Below the pieces are notes generated by a model. It made no database searches and was not told the DNA's origin. It was given only the letters and a program-made list of their open reading frames with translations. Below are positions 18,402 through 27,900 of a DNA stretch of 64,000 bases, piece after piece; within the stretch, counting starts at the first letter, position 1, and each line of letters starts with the position of its first letter. Both the position numbers and the translations under genes were made by a program. The stretch spans positions 26,573 through 90,572 of the forward strand of contig CAZOUV010000002.1 of NCBI GenBank assembly GCA_964583105.1, read 5' to 3'. The DNA comes from an uncultured Gammaproteobacteria bacterium (GTDB lineage Bacteria; Patescibacteriota; Microgenomatia; UBA8517).

Positions 18402-18641
18402 ATGGATGGAGTTCAAAGACTATTAATTATTGTAGTAATTTCATTAACAACACTTCTTCTTGTTGTAGGGGTACAAGTTGTAATGATTATTCTTGATCTT
18501 AGAAAAGCCATAAAAAGATTAAATTCAATTTTGGAAGATGCAATTCTTGGGGGAGGTCTTATTAGACCAGATAAACTTACAGGAGTTTTGGAAATTCTTA
18601 GAAAAGGAAAAAAACTGGAAACCCACGGACAAGAAAGTTAA
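18402..18641 (+). CDS. Small hypothetical membrane protein (79 aa, one N-terminal TM helix)
   Basis: A hydrophobic stretch LLIIVVISLTTLLLVVGVQVVMIIL. It lies in tight spacing after the rodZ-like gene, and its coding status is uncertain. Confidence 0.3.
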   Translation: MDGVQRLLIIVVISLTTLLLVVGVQVVMIILDLRKAIKRLNSILEDAILGGGLIRPDKLTGVLEILRKGKKLETHGQES

Positions 18642-18660
18642 AACAGGGTATAATTTGAGC

Positions 18661-20379
18661 ATGACTTCAAATGAGGTAAGAGAAAAATATTTAAAGTTTT
18701 TTTTGGGAAGCCCAAGAAATCATAGAGAGATTTCTCCCGCTCCGTTGGTTTTAGAAGGAGATCCCACAACTTTATTTACCTCTGCCGGAATGCAGCCTCT
18801 GACACCATATTTTAAAGGAGAAAAGCATCCCAAAGGAAAAAGATTGGTTGATTCTCAACCTTCTCTTAGACTTCAAGATATTGAAGAGGTTGGTGATAAC
18901 CGACACGATACTTATTTTGAGATGTTGGGCAATTGGAGTCTGGGAGATTATTTTAAAAAAGAACAAATCCCTTGGATCTATGAGTTTTATACCAAAGTAC
19001 TTGGTCTTTCTAAGAGTAATCTTTGGGTTTCTGTTTTCGAAGGATTTAAGAAGGTTCCAAAAGATGAAGAATCATACAAGATTTGGAAAGAGTTGGGTAT
19101 TCCCGAAGAGAGAATTGTTTTCTACAACGCTCAAAAAAACTGGTGGAGTAGGGCCGGCTCCCCCGACCAAATGCCAGCTGGAGAAATAGGCGGACCGACC
19201 TCGGAAATATTTGTTGATTTCGGTACCAAACACAACCCTAAATATGGGAAAAAGTGTCACCCCAACTGTGATTGCGGCCGCTTTTTAGAAATCGGCAATT
19301 GTGTCTTCTTGTGTTACGAAAAAGGGAAAGACGGAGATTTGAAAGAATTGTCTCAAATAAATGTGGATTTTGGCGGGGGGTTGGAGAGGATTACGATGGC
19401 GGTTAATAATTTACAGGATATTTTTCAAATAGATATACATAGCCCCGTTATTAAAAGAATCGAAGGAGTGGTTGGCAAAGAATACAAGGATAATCAAAAA
19501 GCCTTTAGAATAATTGCCGATCATCTTCGAGCAGCAGAAGCAATCGCAGCAGAGGGAATTTATCCTTCAAACAAACTTCAGGGGTATGTCTTAAGAAGAT
19601 TGATCAGAAGAGCGGCTCTACAGATACGAACCTTAAAACATGATTTTAACGAATCTGATATTAAAGAGATTTGTAACAATCAAGTAATTGCCGAAGAGGT
19701 AAGTAAATTTAAACTGAGTCTGAACAAGGGCTTAAAGGAAATGGAAAAGCTGGATATGGTTGATGGTAAAAAAGCATTTGATTTATACCAAAGCTACGGT
19801 TTTCCTCTTGAAGTCACAATTGAGATTCTTTCTCAAAAAGGGCAAAGCATAAATAAAGAGGAGTTTGAAAAAGAGTTTAAAAAACACAAAGAACTTTCAA
19901 GAACAGCTTCAGCTGGAATGTTTAAGGGTGGTCTTGCAGATAATTCCGAGGATGTCACCAAATTGCACACAACCACCCATCTTTTACACGCCTCTTTAAG
20001 AAAAATCCTTGGAGATAATGTTTCCCAAAAAGGATCAAACATAACCTCCGAGAGATTGAGATTTGATTTTTCATATCCACGAAAATTGGCAGATGAGGAA
20101 ATTACCAAGGTTGAAGATATGGTTAATTTACAAATTGAGAAGAAACTTCAAGTTTCATTTAAAGTTATGAGTTTGGATGAGGCGGTTAAATCCGGAGCTC
20201 TGCATTTCTTTGCCGAAAAATACGGTAAAGAAGTAAAAGTTTACAGCGTTGGAGATTTTAGTAAGGAAGTTTGTGGTGGCCCTCATATAAAAAATACTTC
20301 CGAAATTGGACATGTTAAGATAATTAAACAGGAGAAAGTTGGAGCGGGTATTGTAAGAATATATGCTTTGTTAAAATAA
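18661..20379 (+). CDS. alaS: Alanyl-tRNA synthetase, short form (catalytic + tRNA-binding + editing domains; no C-Ala domain)
   Basis: MTSNEVREKYLKFF...FTSAGMQP...WGGP class-II AlaRS motifs. The editing-site HTTTHLLHASL (HxxxH) and CGGPH are present. The protein is ~572 aa from the ATG at 18661. Confidence 0.85.
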   Translation: MTSNEVREKYLKFFLGSPRNHREISPAPLVLEGDPTTLFTSAGMQPLTPYFKGEKHPKGKRLVDSQPSLRLQDIEEVGDNRHDTYFEMLGNWSLGDYFKKEQIPWIYEFYTKVLGLSKSNLWVSVFEGFKKVPKDEESYKIWKELGIPEERIVFYNAQKNWWSRAGSPDQMPAGEIGGPTSEIFVDFGTKHNPKYGKKCHPNCDCGRFLEIGNCVFLCYEKGKDGDLKELSQINVDFGGGLERITMAVNNLQDIFQIDIHSPVIKRIEGVVGKEYKDNQKAFRIIADHLRAAEAIAAEGIYPSNKLQGYVLRRLIRRAALQIRTLKHDFNESDIKEICNNQVIAEEVSKFKLSLNKGLKEMEKLDMVDGKKAFDLYQSYGFPLEVTIEILSQKGQSINKEEFEKEFKKHKELSRTASAGMFKGGLADNSEDVTKLHTTTHLLHASLRKILGDNVSQKGSNITSERLRFDFSYPRKLADEEITKVEDMVNLQIEKKLQVSFKVMSLDEAVKSGALHFFAEKYGKEVKVYSVGDFSKEVCGGPHIKNTSEIGHVKIIKQEKVGAGIVRIYALLK

Positions 20380-20380
20380 T

Positions 20381-22561
20381 ATGGATTTCAAAAATTTTCT
20401 GGGAAGTAAGGAAGATAAATCTAGAGATTTGTATTGGGCGATTGTATTGGAAGCCGGTTGGATTCAGGCTGGAATTTGGGAAATTATTGAAAAAAAAGCC
20501 GAAGTTGTGGCGGTAAGTCCTGTAACACCCTGGGAAACAGACTCGGAAATTATTGGTGCATCAGATGCCGCGCTTTCCTCCGCAATTCAACTTCTTCCTG
20601 AAGGGTTTAAAGAGCCGTCAAAAACTGTTTTTGGTATTCCTCCGTCATGGGTAGATAAAGGTGAAATTAAAGGGGAATACTTAAGTAAAATAAAAAATAT
20701 ATGCACAGAACTTTCACTGGAACCATCGGGTTTTGTAGTTCTATCTGAAGCAATTACCCATTTGATTAAAGCAGAAGAAGGTTCTCCCGTGAATGCAATT
20801 ATTGCCGGTTTTGGTAAAGATTATTTGGAAATATCTGTTTTTGGTTTGGGAAATTTGATAGGTACGACACAGGTTGCAAGAAGTGTATCTTATTTTGAGG
20901 ATATTACCGAAGGTTTGTCGAGATTTTCCCTAAGTGAAAATCTTCCATCAAGAATAATTATTTATGATGGAAAAGAGGGTGAATTGGAGGATGTCAAAGA
21001 GGCTCTGATGGCTTCAAATTGGGAAGATTTGGAAAAAATAAAATTCCTCCATCCCCCTAAAATTGAAATTTTTGCACCGGATAAAAAAGTAACGGCCGTT
21101 GCTCTGGCCGGAGCTGCTGAAATGGCGGGTGTGACAGAAATTGGCCTGAAACAGGAAGAGCCTCGGGAAGACGGGGTAATATCGGAAAGCCATCAAAATG
21201 TAGTTACGCCTGAAAAATCTCTTTCACCCCAAGAATTGGGATTTGTTGTGGGGGCTGATATTGCTGCTCAAAAAATTCCCGAGAAGATTGACCAACAAGT
21301 TAATATTGCAAAACAACCTGCACCCATAAGAAAAAATTATTTGGACTTATTGAAGTCTAAACTAAATAGACTGCTAAGTAATTTTCCTAAAAGACAAAGT
21401 TCAATAAACCCAACCCCGACCGTTAATAGAAGGAAAAGATATCTTTTACCTTCCCTGATTTTTGGCACAATTGTTATTGCCTTTATTTTATATTGGCTTT
21501 TCGTACCTAAAACAAAAATAAGGATTTATGTTTCACCAAAAAGATTTGAGGAGAAAATTGAGGCAACGGTTCTTAAGGATTCTGGGTCTTCTGATTTGGC
21601 AAATAAAATACTTTCTGGAAAAATTGCCATCGTTGAAGCCTCTGGGGAAAAAACAAAGTCTACAACTGGAGCCAAAAAGATTGGAGACAAGGCAAAAGGA
21701 GCGGTAAATATTCAAAATGGAACAGATGCAATTTTAAAACTTTCTCAAGGAACAATAATTACGGCAGCAAATGATTTAAAGTATTCTCTTGCCAATTCCG
21801 CTTCCATTTCGGCCGCCCTTTCTCCTTCAACTCCTGGAACACAAGTTGTTGAGATAACTGCCTATGATATTGGGGCGGAATACAACCTTGCAAAAAATGA
21901 AACATTCTCAGTGGGGAGTTATCCAAAATCGGATGTAGATGCCATAGCAACAGTTGATTTTACTGGTGGATCGAGTAGGGATATTTCAGCTGTTTCTTCG
22001 GATGATACGGAAAAACTTCTTGAGAGTTTAACCTCCGAACTTACTGAAAAAGCAAAAGAGGATTTATTGAAATTGATCCCCTCAGATAGACTTTTAATAG
22101 AGGATTCTTTTATTGCCACACCTTCTTCAAAAATATTTAGTAATAAAGTTGGGGATGAGGCTTCAAATATAAAGCTTTCCCTTACCCTTAAATCAAGTGC
22201 AATACATGTTTCCAAGAAAGATTTGATTGATTTATCTCAGGGTGTGTTATCAAAAGCAATCCCGTCGGGATTTTCTATTGATGAAAATGATATTAAATTT
22301 GATTTTGACAGTATAAAAAATCTTTCGAGTGCGTCAACATTTAATATAAAAGTGCAAGCAAATTTTTTGCCCAAGGAAGATTTTATTGTTTTGTCAAAGG
22401 AGGTCGCAGGGAAAAATAAATTTCAAGTAGAACAAAAACTCTCCAGAATTGCTGGATTTGTTACCGCAGAAATTAGCACAAAACCCAAACTTCCCGGAAT
22501 ATTTGGAAATGTTCCTCTTTTTACAAAACATATTTTTATAGAAATCGTTGGCGAAAGATGA
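20381..22561 (+). CDS. Large hypothetical bitopic membrane protein (cytoplasmic N-domain ~350 aa, TM, ~350-aa extracytoplasmic C-region)
   Basis: The single TM helix is LLPSLIFGTIVIAFILYWLFV at about aa 357-377. The N-terminal segments (LYWAIVLEAGWIQAGIWEI...; AIIAGFGKDYLEISVF) loosely resemble actin-like (FtsA/PilM) phosphate motifs. The C-region is Ser/Thr-rich. Confidence 0.5.
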   Translation: MDFKNFLGSKEDKSRDLYWAIVLEAGWIQAGIWEIIEKKAEVVAVSPVTPWETDSEIIGASDAALSSAIQLLPEGFKEPSKTVFGIPPSWVDKGEIKGEYLSKIKNICTELSLEPSGFVVLSEAITHLIKAEEGSPVNAIIAGFGKDYLEISVFGLGNLIGTTQVARSVSYFEDITEGLSRFSLSENLPSRIIIYDGKEGELEDVKEALMASNWEDLEKIKFLHPPKIEIFAPDKKVTAVALAGAAEMAGVTEIGLKQEEPREDGVISESHQNVVTPEKSLSPQELGFVVGADIAAQKIPEKIDQQVNIAKQPAPIRKNYLDLLKSKLNRLLSNFPKRQSSINPTPTVNRRKRYLLPSLIFGTIVIAFILYWLFVPKTKIRIYVSPKRFEEKIEATVLKDSGSSDLANKILSGKIAIVEASGEKTKSTTGAKKIGDKAKGAVNIQNGTDAILKLSQGTIITAANDLKYSLANSASISAALSPSTPGTQVVEITAYDIGAEYNLAKNETFSVGSYPKSDVDAIATVDFTGGSSRDISAVSSDDTEKLLESLTSELTEKAKEDLLKLIPSDRLLIEDSFIATPSSKIFSNKVGDEASNIKLSLTLKSSAIHVSKKDLIDLSQGVLSKAIPSGFSIDENDIKFDFDSIKNLSSASTFNIKVQANFLPKEDFIVLSKEVAGKNKFQVEQKLSRIAGFVTAEISTKPKLPGIFGNVPLFTKHIFIEIVGER

Positions 22562-22619
22562 TTCCACACCTAAAATTGATAAAAGTGGAAGGAAATAGTA
22601 CTAATATATTTGTATTATT

Positions 22620-23282
22620 ATGAAGCGCAGTATTTTTTTAAAAGTTATTGCTGTTGTTTGGGCAATTTCAGGAATTGTAATTTTGGCGGGTGTTGTTTGG
22701 CCGATTCTTTCCTATAAAAGCGTTTCCAGGGTAAACAATCAAGATTTATTAAATCCTGTATATGTCAAAGGAAGCTCAAAAATCCAAGACGATCTGGATT
22801 TAACTAAAGCTAGCAATTGGTTTATAGGGGGAGAAGATGTAAATTCCTTTAATCAATCCAAAGTGAGTTATTACAATATCTCTATTTCGGAACTTAGAAT
22901 CAAGAATGCCGTAGTTTCTATTGGAGGAGAAGACTTGTCAAAAAGTCTTATACAATATCCCGGGACCGCTCTTCCCGGGAAAAAAGGAAACTCTGTAATT
23001 TTTGGCCATTCTGTTTTACCAATTTTTTACAATCCCAAGGATTATATATCTATTTTTTCTACTCTTCCATCTCTTAAGAAAGGGGATGAAATAACGGTAG
23101 ATTACGACAATATCTCTTTTAAATATAAAGTGGAGAGTATGTTTGAAGTTTATCCGACCGACATTCAGGTTTTACAACAAGATAATTCCGATTCGTTTTT
23201 AACTCTTGTTACCTGTGTTCCTCCGGGAGATCCCAGAAAACCTAAAAGATTAATTGTCAGGGCGAGAATTGTTCCTCTTTAA
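22620..23282 (+). CDS. Sortase-family transpeptidase
   Basis: An N-terminal TM anchor, the conserved His (VIFGHS), the catalytic TLVTC motif, and a downstream Arg (RLIVRAR). Confidence 0.7.
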   Translation: MKRSIFLKVIAVVWAISGIVILAGVVWPILSYKSVSRVNNQDLLNPVYVKGSSKIQDDLDLTKASNWFIGGEDVNSFNQSKVSYYNISISELRIKNAVVSIGGEDLSKSLIQYPGTALPGKKGNSVIFGHSVLPIFYNPKDYISIFSTLPSLKKGDEITVDYDNISFKYKVESMFEVYPTDIQVLQQDNSDSFLTLVTCVPPGDPRKPKRLIVRARIVPL

Positions 23283-23286
23283 CAAA

Positions 23287-23655
23287 ATGAAAATATTGGC
23301 TATCGATTACGGAAGAAAAAAAATAGGAATTGCTTTTAGCGAAACTAATATTGCACAACCCCTGAAAGTTATAAAAATTAAAAACCTTGAAGATGCGCTT
23401 AAAAAAGTACTTGGAATAAAAAAACAACTTTTGATTGATAAGATGATTGTGGGGGTTTCCGAAGGACAAATGGCTCAGGAGTCAAAAATGTTTGCTGATA
23501 AAATTGGAGCCGAAATTTACGATGAAACCCTTTCAACACAGACCGCACAAAGATTATCTTTGGAAGGAAATATTTCCAGAAAAAAAAGAAAAAAACTTGA
23601 AGATGCATACGCGGCAGCAGTTATGTTACAATTGTATTTGGAAAATTATGTTTAA
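23287..23655 (+). CDS. ruvX: Putative pre-16S rRNA nuclease / Holliday-junction resolvase-like RuvX (YqgF)
   Basis: MKILAIDYGRKKIGIAFSE...MIVGVSEGQ...DETLSTQTAQ...AAAVMLQLYL matches YqgF. The ruvX-mltG neighbourhood is as in Firmicutes. Confidence 0.75.
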   Translation: MKILAIDYGRKKIGIAFSETNIAQPLKVIKIKNLEDALKKVLGIKKQLLIDKMIVGVSEGQMAQESKMFADKIGAEIYDETLSTQTAQRLSLEGNISRKKRKKLEDAYAAAVMLQLYLENYV

Positions 23656-23848
23656 AGATGTGATTGCGCCCATTCAGGCATGGCTTATGTCTCAAGGAAG
23701 GTGTGTTGGTTGTGGAAAAGAGCTAAAGGATGGTAACAAATCAAAACTTAAGGATGGAACAGAAAAAATAACATGTTCCTGCGGAAGGATTTTTATTCAT
23801 GATCCAAAATCCAACAAGTATAGAAGAGCCCTTCTTGAAGAAGTTTAG
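23648..23848 (+). CDS. Small zinc-ribbon protein (66 aa; CxxC...CxC)
   Basis: CVGCGKEL...CSCG. It overlaps the ruvX stop by 8 nt and occupies the slot between ruvX and mltG that holds yrzB in Bacillus. Confidence 0.4.
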   Translation: MFKDVIAPIQAWLMSQGRCVGCGKELKDGNKSKLKDGTEKITCSCGRIFIHDPKSNKYRRALLEEV

Positions 23849-23854
23849 TTTTTA

Positions 23855-24811
23855 ATGAAGAAATTTTTATTATCACTTTTCTTTTTATCAATCGCCATAT
23901 TATTAACCTTCTTTTTTGTTTATTCCCAAGCTAAGCCGGTATCTCAAGATACAGGTAGCAAATACTTTTTAATATTAAAAGGTAGCAGCGCTTCTAAAAT
24001 TGCAAATGATCTTAAAGACGCTGGTCTTATAAAAAACCCCATTCTTTTTAGAGTATATACGCACCTTTCGGGCTTTTCTCAAAAAATACAGGCAGGGCAG
24101 TATAAACTCAGTCCCAACATGTCTTTTTTTAAGATGCTCTCCGAAATAAATAAGGGTCCGATTGAAGTTTGGATAACAATCCCTGAAGGGTTAAGAAGGG
24201 AACAAGTAGTAGAAAAATATATAAACGTCTTACAACCCCCCGATTCGGAAAAATTTAGAAACGAATTTATGGAACTTACTGCAAACAAGGAGGGGTATCT
24301 TTTTCCCGACACATACCTTTTTCCTTGGGATGCGACGCCAAAAATGATCGTTGATAAAATGCTATCGATTTTTGAAGAAAAAATTGGGGACATCACCTTC
24401 GAAGAAGTAATTATCGCCTCGCTTTTAGAAAGAGAAACGGTAAACGATGTAGAAAAAGGTATTGTTGCCGGAATTTTATATAAAAGACTTAAGAATGGTT
24501 GGCCGTTACAGGTTGATGCAACTATCCAATATGCCTCAGCAACATTAAGGTGCCAAGGAGGTTTAATTAATTGTGATTGGTGGCAAGAAGTAACTAAAGA
24601 AGATTTAAATCTGGCTTCAAAATTTAATACTTACAAATTTACAGGTCTTCCCCCGGCTCCCATATCAGGGTCGGGATTAACATCTCTAAAAGCCGCAATA
24701 AATCCTGAGGATTCTCCTTACTGGTTTTATATTCACGATTCGGAAGGAATTATTCATTACGCAAGAACCGTGGAGGAGCACAATGCTAATATAGGCAGAT
24801 ATCTTAAGTAG
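23855..24811 (+). CDS. mltG: Endolytic murein transglycosylase MltG (YceG-like)
   Basis: A signal-anchor followed by the YceG fold motifs (QYKLSPNMSFF...; EGYLFPDTYLF). Confidence 0.8.
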   Translation: MKKFLLSLFFLSIAILLTFFFVYSQAKPVSQDTGSKYFLILKGSSASKIANDLKDAGLIKNPILFRVYTHLSGFSQKIQAGQYKLSPNMSFFKMLSEINKGPIEVWITIPEGLRREQVVEKYINVLQPPDSEKFRNEFMELTANKEGYLFPDTYLFPWDATPKMIVDKMLSIFEEKIGDITFEEVIIASLLERETVNDVEKGIVAGILYKRLKNGWPLQVDATIQYASATLRCQGGLINCDWWQEVTKEDLNLASKFNTYKFTGLPPAPISGSGLTSLKAAINPEDSPYWFYIHDSEGIIHYARTVEEHNANIGRYLK

Positions 24812-24822
24812 CTAAATACCTA

Positions 24823-24850
24823 TTGACAAGAAATTGTTGGCTTATATAAT
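24823..24850 (+). promoter_or_regulatory. Consensus sigma70-like promoter (TTGACA-16-TATAAT) for rpoBC
   Basis: TTGACA at 24823-24828 and TATAAT at 24845-24850, both perfect hexamers. Confidence 0.5.
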
Positions 24851-24859
24851 CGCCTGTAG

Positions 24860-24882
24860 GCGTACTTAATTGTACGCTTTTC
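24860..24882 (+). promoter_or_regulatory. Leader hairpin + U-tract (GCGTAC-ttaatt-GTACGC-TTTTC) between the rpoB promoter and start codon
   Basis: A perfect 6-bp inverted repeat at 24860-24877 followed by TTTTCTCG. It is a candidate attenuator or 5'-stabilising stem-loop, and it could also terminate mltG transcripts. Confidence 0.35.
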
Positions 24883-24917
24883 TCGCATCGTGGGGTGCGG
24901 GTTTCTATTTGTATCAG

Positions 24918-27900
24918 ATGATTCTTAAAAACAACCGCAAAAATTTTGGTAGAACTGAGAAGAATCTACCTGAATTGGATTTATCAAAAATACAAAGAGA
25001 ATCCTGGCAGTGGTTTTTAGGTGAGGGAATAACCCAGGAATTGGTTGGAATTTCTCCGATAGATGACTTTACCGGTAAAAATTGGCAGCTTATATTGGGT
25101 GAGCATTCTTTGGGGGAACCTTCAATTTCACCAAGTTTGGCCCAAGAAAAAGGTCTGACATTTTCTTGTCCCCTTAAAATTGTGGCCACATTGATTAACA
25201 AAAGGACGGGAAAAGAAGTTACTCAAGAGGTATTTTTAGGAGATCTTCCCCAAATGACTCAAAGAGGAACATTTATTATAAACGGAATTGAAAGGGCGGT
25301 TATTAATCAGATCGTTCGTTCTCCCGGAGTCTATTTTTCTGAAGAACTGGATGTTATTTCAGGAAGAATGCTTGGAAAAGCTGAAGTAAGACCATTACAT
25401 GGTTCATGGCTTGAGTTTGAAGTATCTCGTGGAGATGTGATTTCGGCGAGAATTGATAGAAGAAAAAAGGTTTTGGGAACGGTTTTTCTTAGGGCGATGG
25501 GCCTGTCTTCCGATGAAGAAATTATTGCTGCGTTTTCAGGGATTGACACAGACCCCAGCCATAAATATCTTCAGGCGACATTGGCTAAAGATTCTACTAA
25601 ATCTAAAGAAGAAGCTGTTTTGGAAATATACCGTAAATTAAGACCTGGAGAGCCTGCTGTTATTGAAAATGCTGAAAGTTTGTTTCAAAGCTTGTTTTTA
25701 GAACATAGAAGATATGATTTGGGAAAAGTGGGAAGATACAAAATCAACAAAAGATTAAATTTAAGTCTTCCCAACGAGAAGTCAACCTGGGTTCTGACAA
25801 GACAGGATGTTGTTGCGGCAATATCCTATTTAATTAACCTTCAAAACGGAAACGGAAGAGTGGATGATATTGACCATCTTGCCAACAGAAGATTAAGAAG
25901 AGTTGGGGAACTTGTTTCAGTTAACGCGTTCAGGGTTGGATTATTAAGACTTGAAAGATCAATAAAGGAAAAGATGAGTTTGGTTTCTCCTGAAGATAAA
26001 CCTCTTCCAGCAACATTAATAAATGCAAGACCACTTATAGCATCACTTAATGAATTTTTCAGATCGAATCAGCTTTCTACGATACTTGATGATACAAATC
26101 CTCTCTCCGAAATTGATAATTTGAGAAGAGTTTCTGTTTTAGGCCCCGGTGGCATAAATCGAGAAAGAGCATCTTTTTCCATACGTGACGTTAATTCTTC
26201 TCAGTATGGAAGATTAGATCCTGTGAGAAGTCCAGAGGGACCTAATATCGGTCTTGTTACTTACCTTGCTCTCTATGCAAAAGTAAACGAGTATGGTTTC
26301 TTGGAAACTCCCTATAGAAAGGTTGAGAAAATTAAAAAAGGTAAGAATATTCAAGTAAAAGTAACGGACGAAATAGAATATCTTACCGCTGATGATGAAG
26401 TAGATAAGTATATAACCTACTCGGGTATAGAGATTGATAAAGATGGTTTTATTCAAAACGAAAGACTACCTCTTAGACACAACGGTAATTTCAGTGAAGG
26501 AAGGGTGGAACTTGTCGATTTCGTGGATGTTACTCCCAGACAGGTAATAGGAGCATCGGCATCTCTTATTCCTTTTTTGGCCCATGATGAAGGAAACAGG
26601 TCTTTGATGGGATCGAACATGCAATGCCAATCTGTACCCTTGGTTAATCCCGAATCTCCAGTTATAGGAACCGGGATGGAAACGGAAATTGCTAAAGGGA
26701 TGAGCAGGGTAATATATGCCAGACATGCAGGTGTTGTTGAATATGCAGATGCCAAAACAGTTGAAGTTAAACTTGACAAAAAAACAGATATTGTAACCAA
26801 CAAAGCTGATGAAATTGAAATTACTGACGGAGGAAAGAAGGAGATATACCACTTGATGAAATTCAAAAGGACTGCTCATTCAACTTGTTACAACCAAAAG
26901 GTAGTTGTCTCCCCTGGAGATAAACTAAAAGTGGGAGACTTGATCGCTGACGGACCTTCTATTGAATCTGGTGAACTTTCTCTTGGTAGAAATCTTGTGA
27001 TTGCCTATACATCAATGAGTGGTTACGGTTTTGAGGATGCGATTTTGGTTTCAGACAAAATTGTTAAGAATGATCTTTTGACATCAATTCATATCGAAGA
27101 ATATGAAGCTGATATTGTGGACACAAAGCTGGGTCCTGAGGAATTAACCCGTGACATCCCAAATGTTGCCGAAAGCGAACTTGCAAATCTTGCTGAAGAC
27201 GGAATTGTTGTTGTCGGAGCAGAGGTGGGACCAAATGATATTCTTGTAGGCAAAATTGCTCCCAAGGGAGAAACAGAGTTAACCTCCGAAGAAAGACTTT
27301 TAAGAGCAATTTTCGGTGAAAAGGCAAGAGAAGTAAGAGACACATCGCTTCGTGTTCCCCATGGTGAGAAGGGTATTGTTGTCAGTGTTTCGATACTTGA
27401 TAAAGATAAGGGTGATGAATTGGGTCCGGGTGTAATTAAAAAAGTTGTTGTTAAGGTTGCTCAGATTAGGAAATTGACTGTAGGAGACAAGGTAGCTGGA
27501 CGTCACGGTAACAAGGGAGTGGTAGCAAAAATTATGCCGGTATCAGATATGCCATATCTTCCCGACGGAACTCCTGTTGATATTATTATTTCACCACTTT
27601 CGGTTTTGGCACGTATGAATTTGGGTCAACTTCTTGAGTGTCATCTGGGTTGGGCACTTTCAAAAAAGAAGGAAAAAGGGGCTCTTCCCGTATTTGACAG
27701 AGTTGGTGAAGATTTGATTTTCAATCAATTGAAAGATGTGGACTTGCCGGTTTCAGGAAAGATTAGATTAAGAGACGGGCGTACGGGAGAAGAATTTAAG
27801 GAAGAAACTGTGGTTGGTATTGCCTACATAATGAAACTTATTCATATGGTTGAAGATAAAACTCATGCCAGAAGTACAGGACCGTATTCTCTTGTTACCC

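Noticed and set aside
18538-18660. Upstream extension of the alaS ORF (MQFLGEV...) overlapping the small membrane ORF
   Set aside because: AlaRS homology begins at MTSNEVREKYLKFF. The extension overlaps another ORF and has no AlaRS counterpart.
22562-22619. Putative promoter TTGATA-17-TACTAA upstream of the sortase gene
   Set aside because: The -10 hexamer is poor (TACTAA) and alternatives are equally weak, so it is not reported as a feature.
26453-26879. Two 137-aa minus-strand ORFs antisense to rpoB (similar antisense ORFs occur in rpoC, fusA, tuf and rplV/rpsC, e.g. 41138-41728 and 36288-36830)
   Set aside because: All lie opposite strongly conserved genes, have low-complexity Ser/Phe/Leu-rich translations and lack start contexts. 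They are artefacts of codon-biased sense strands.
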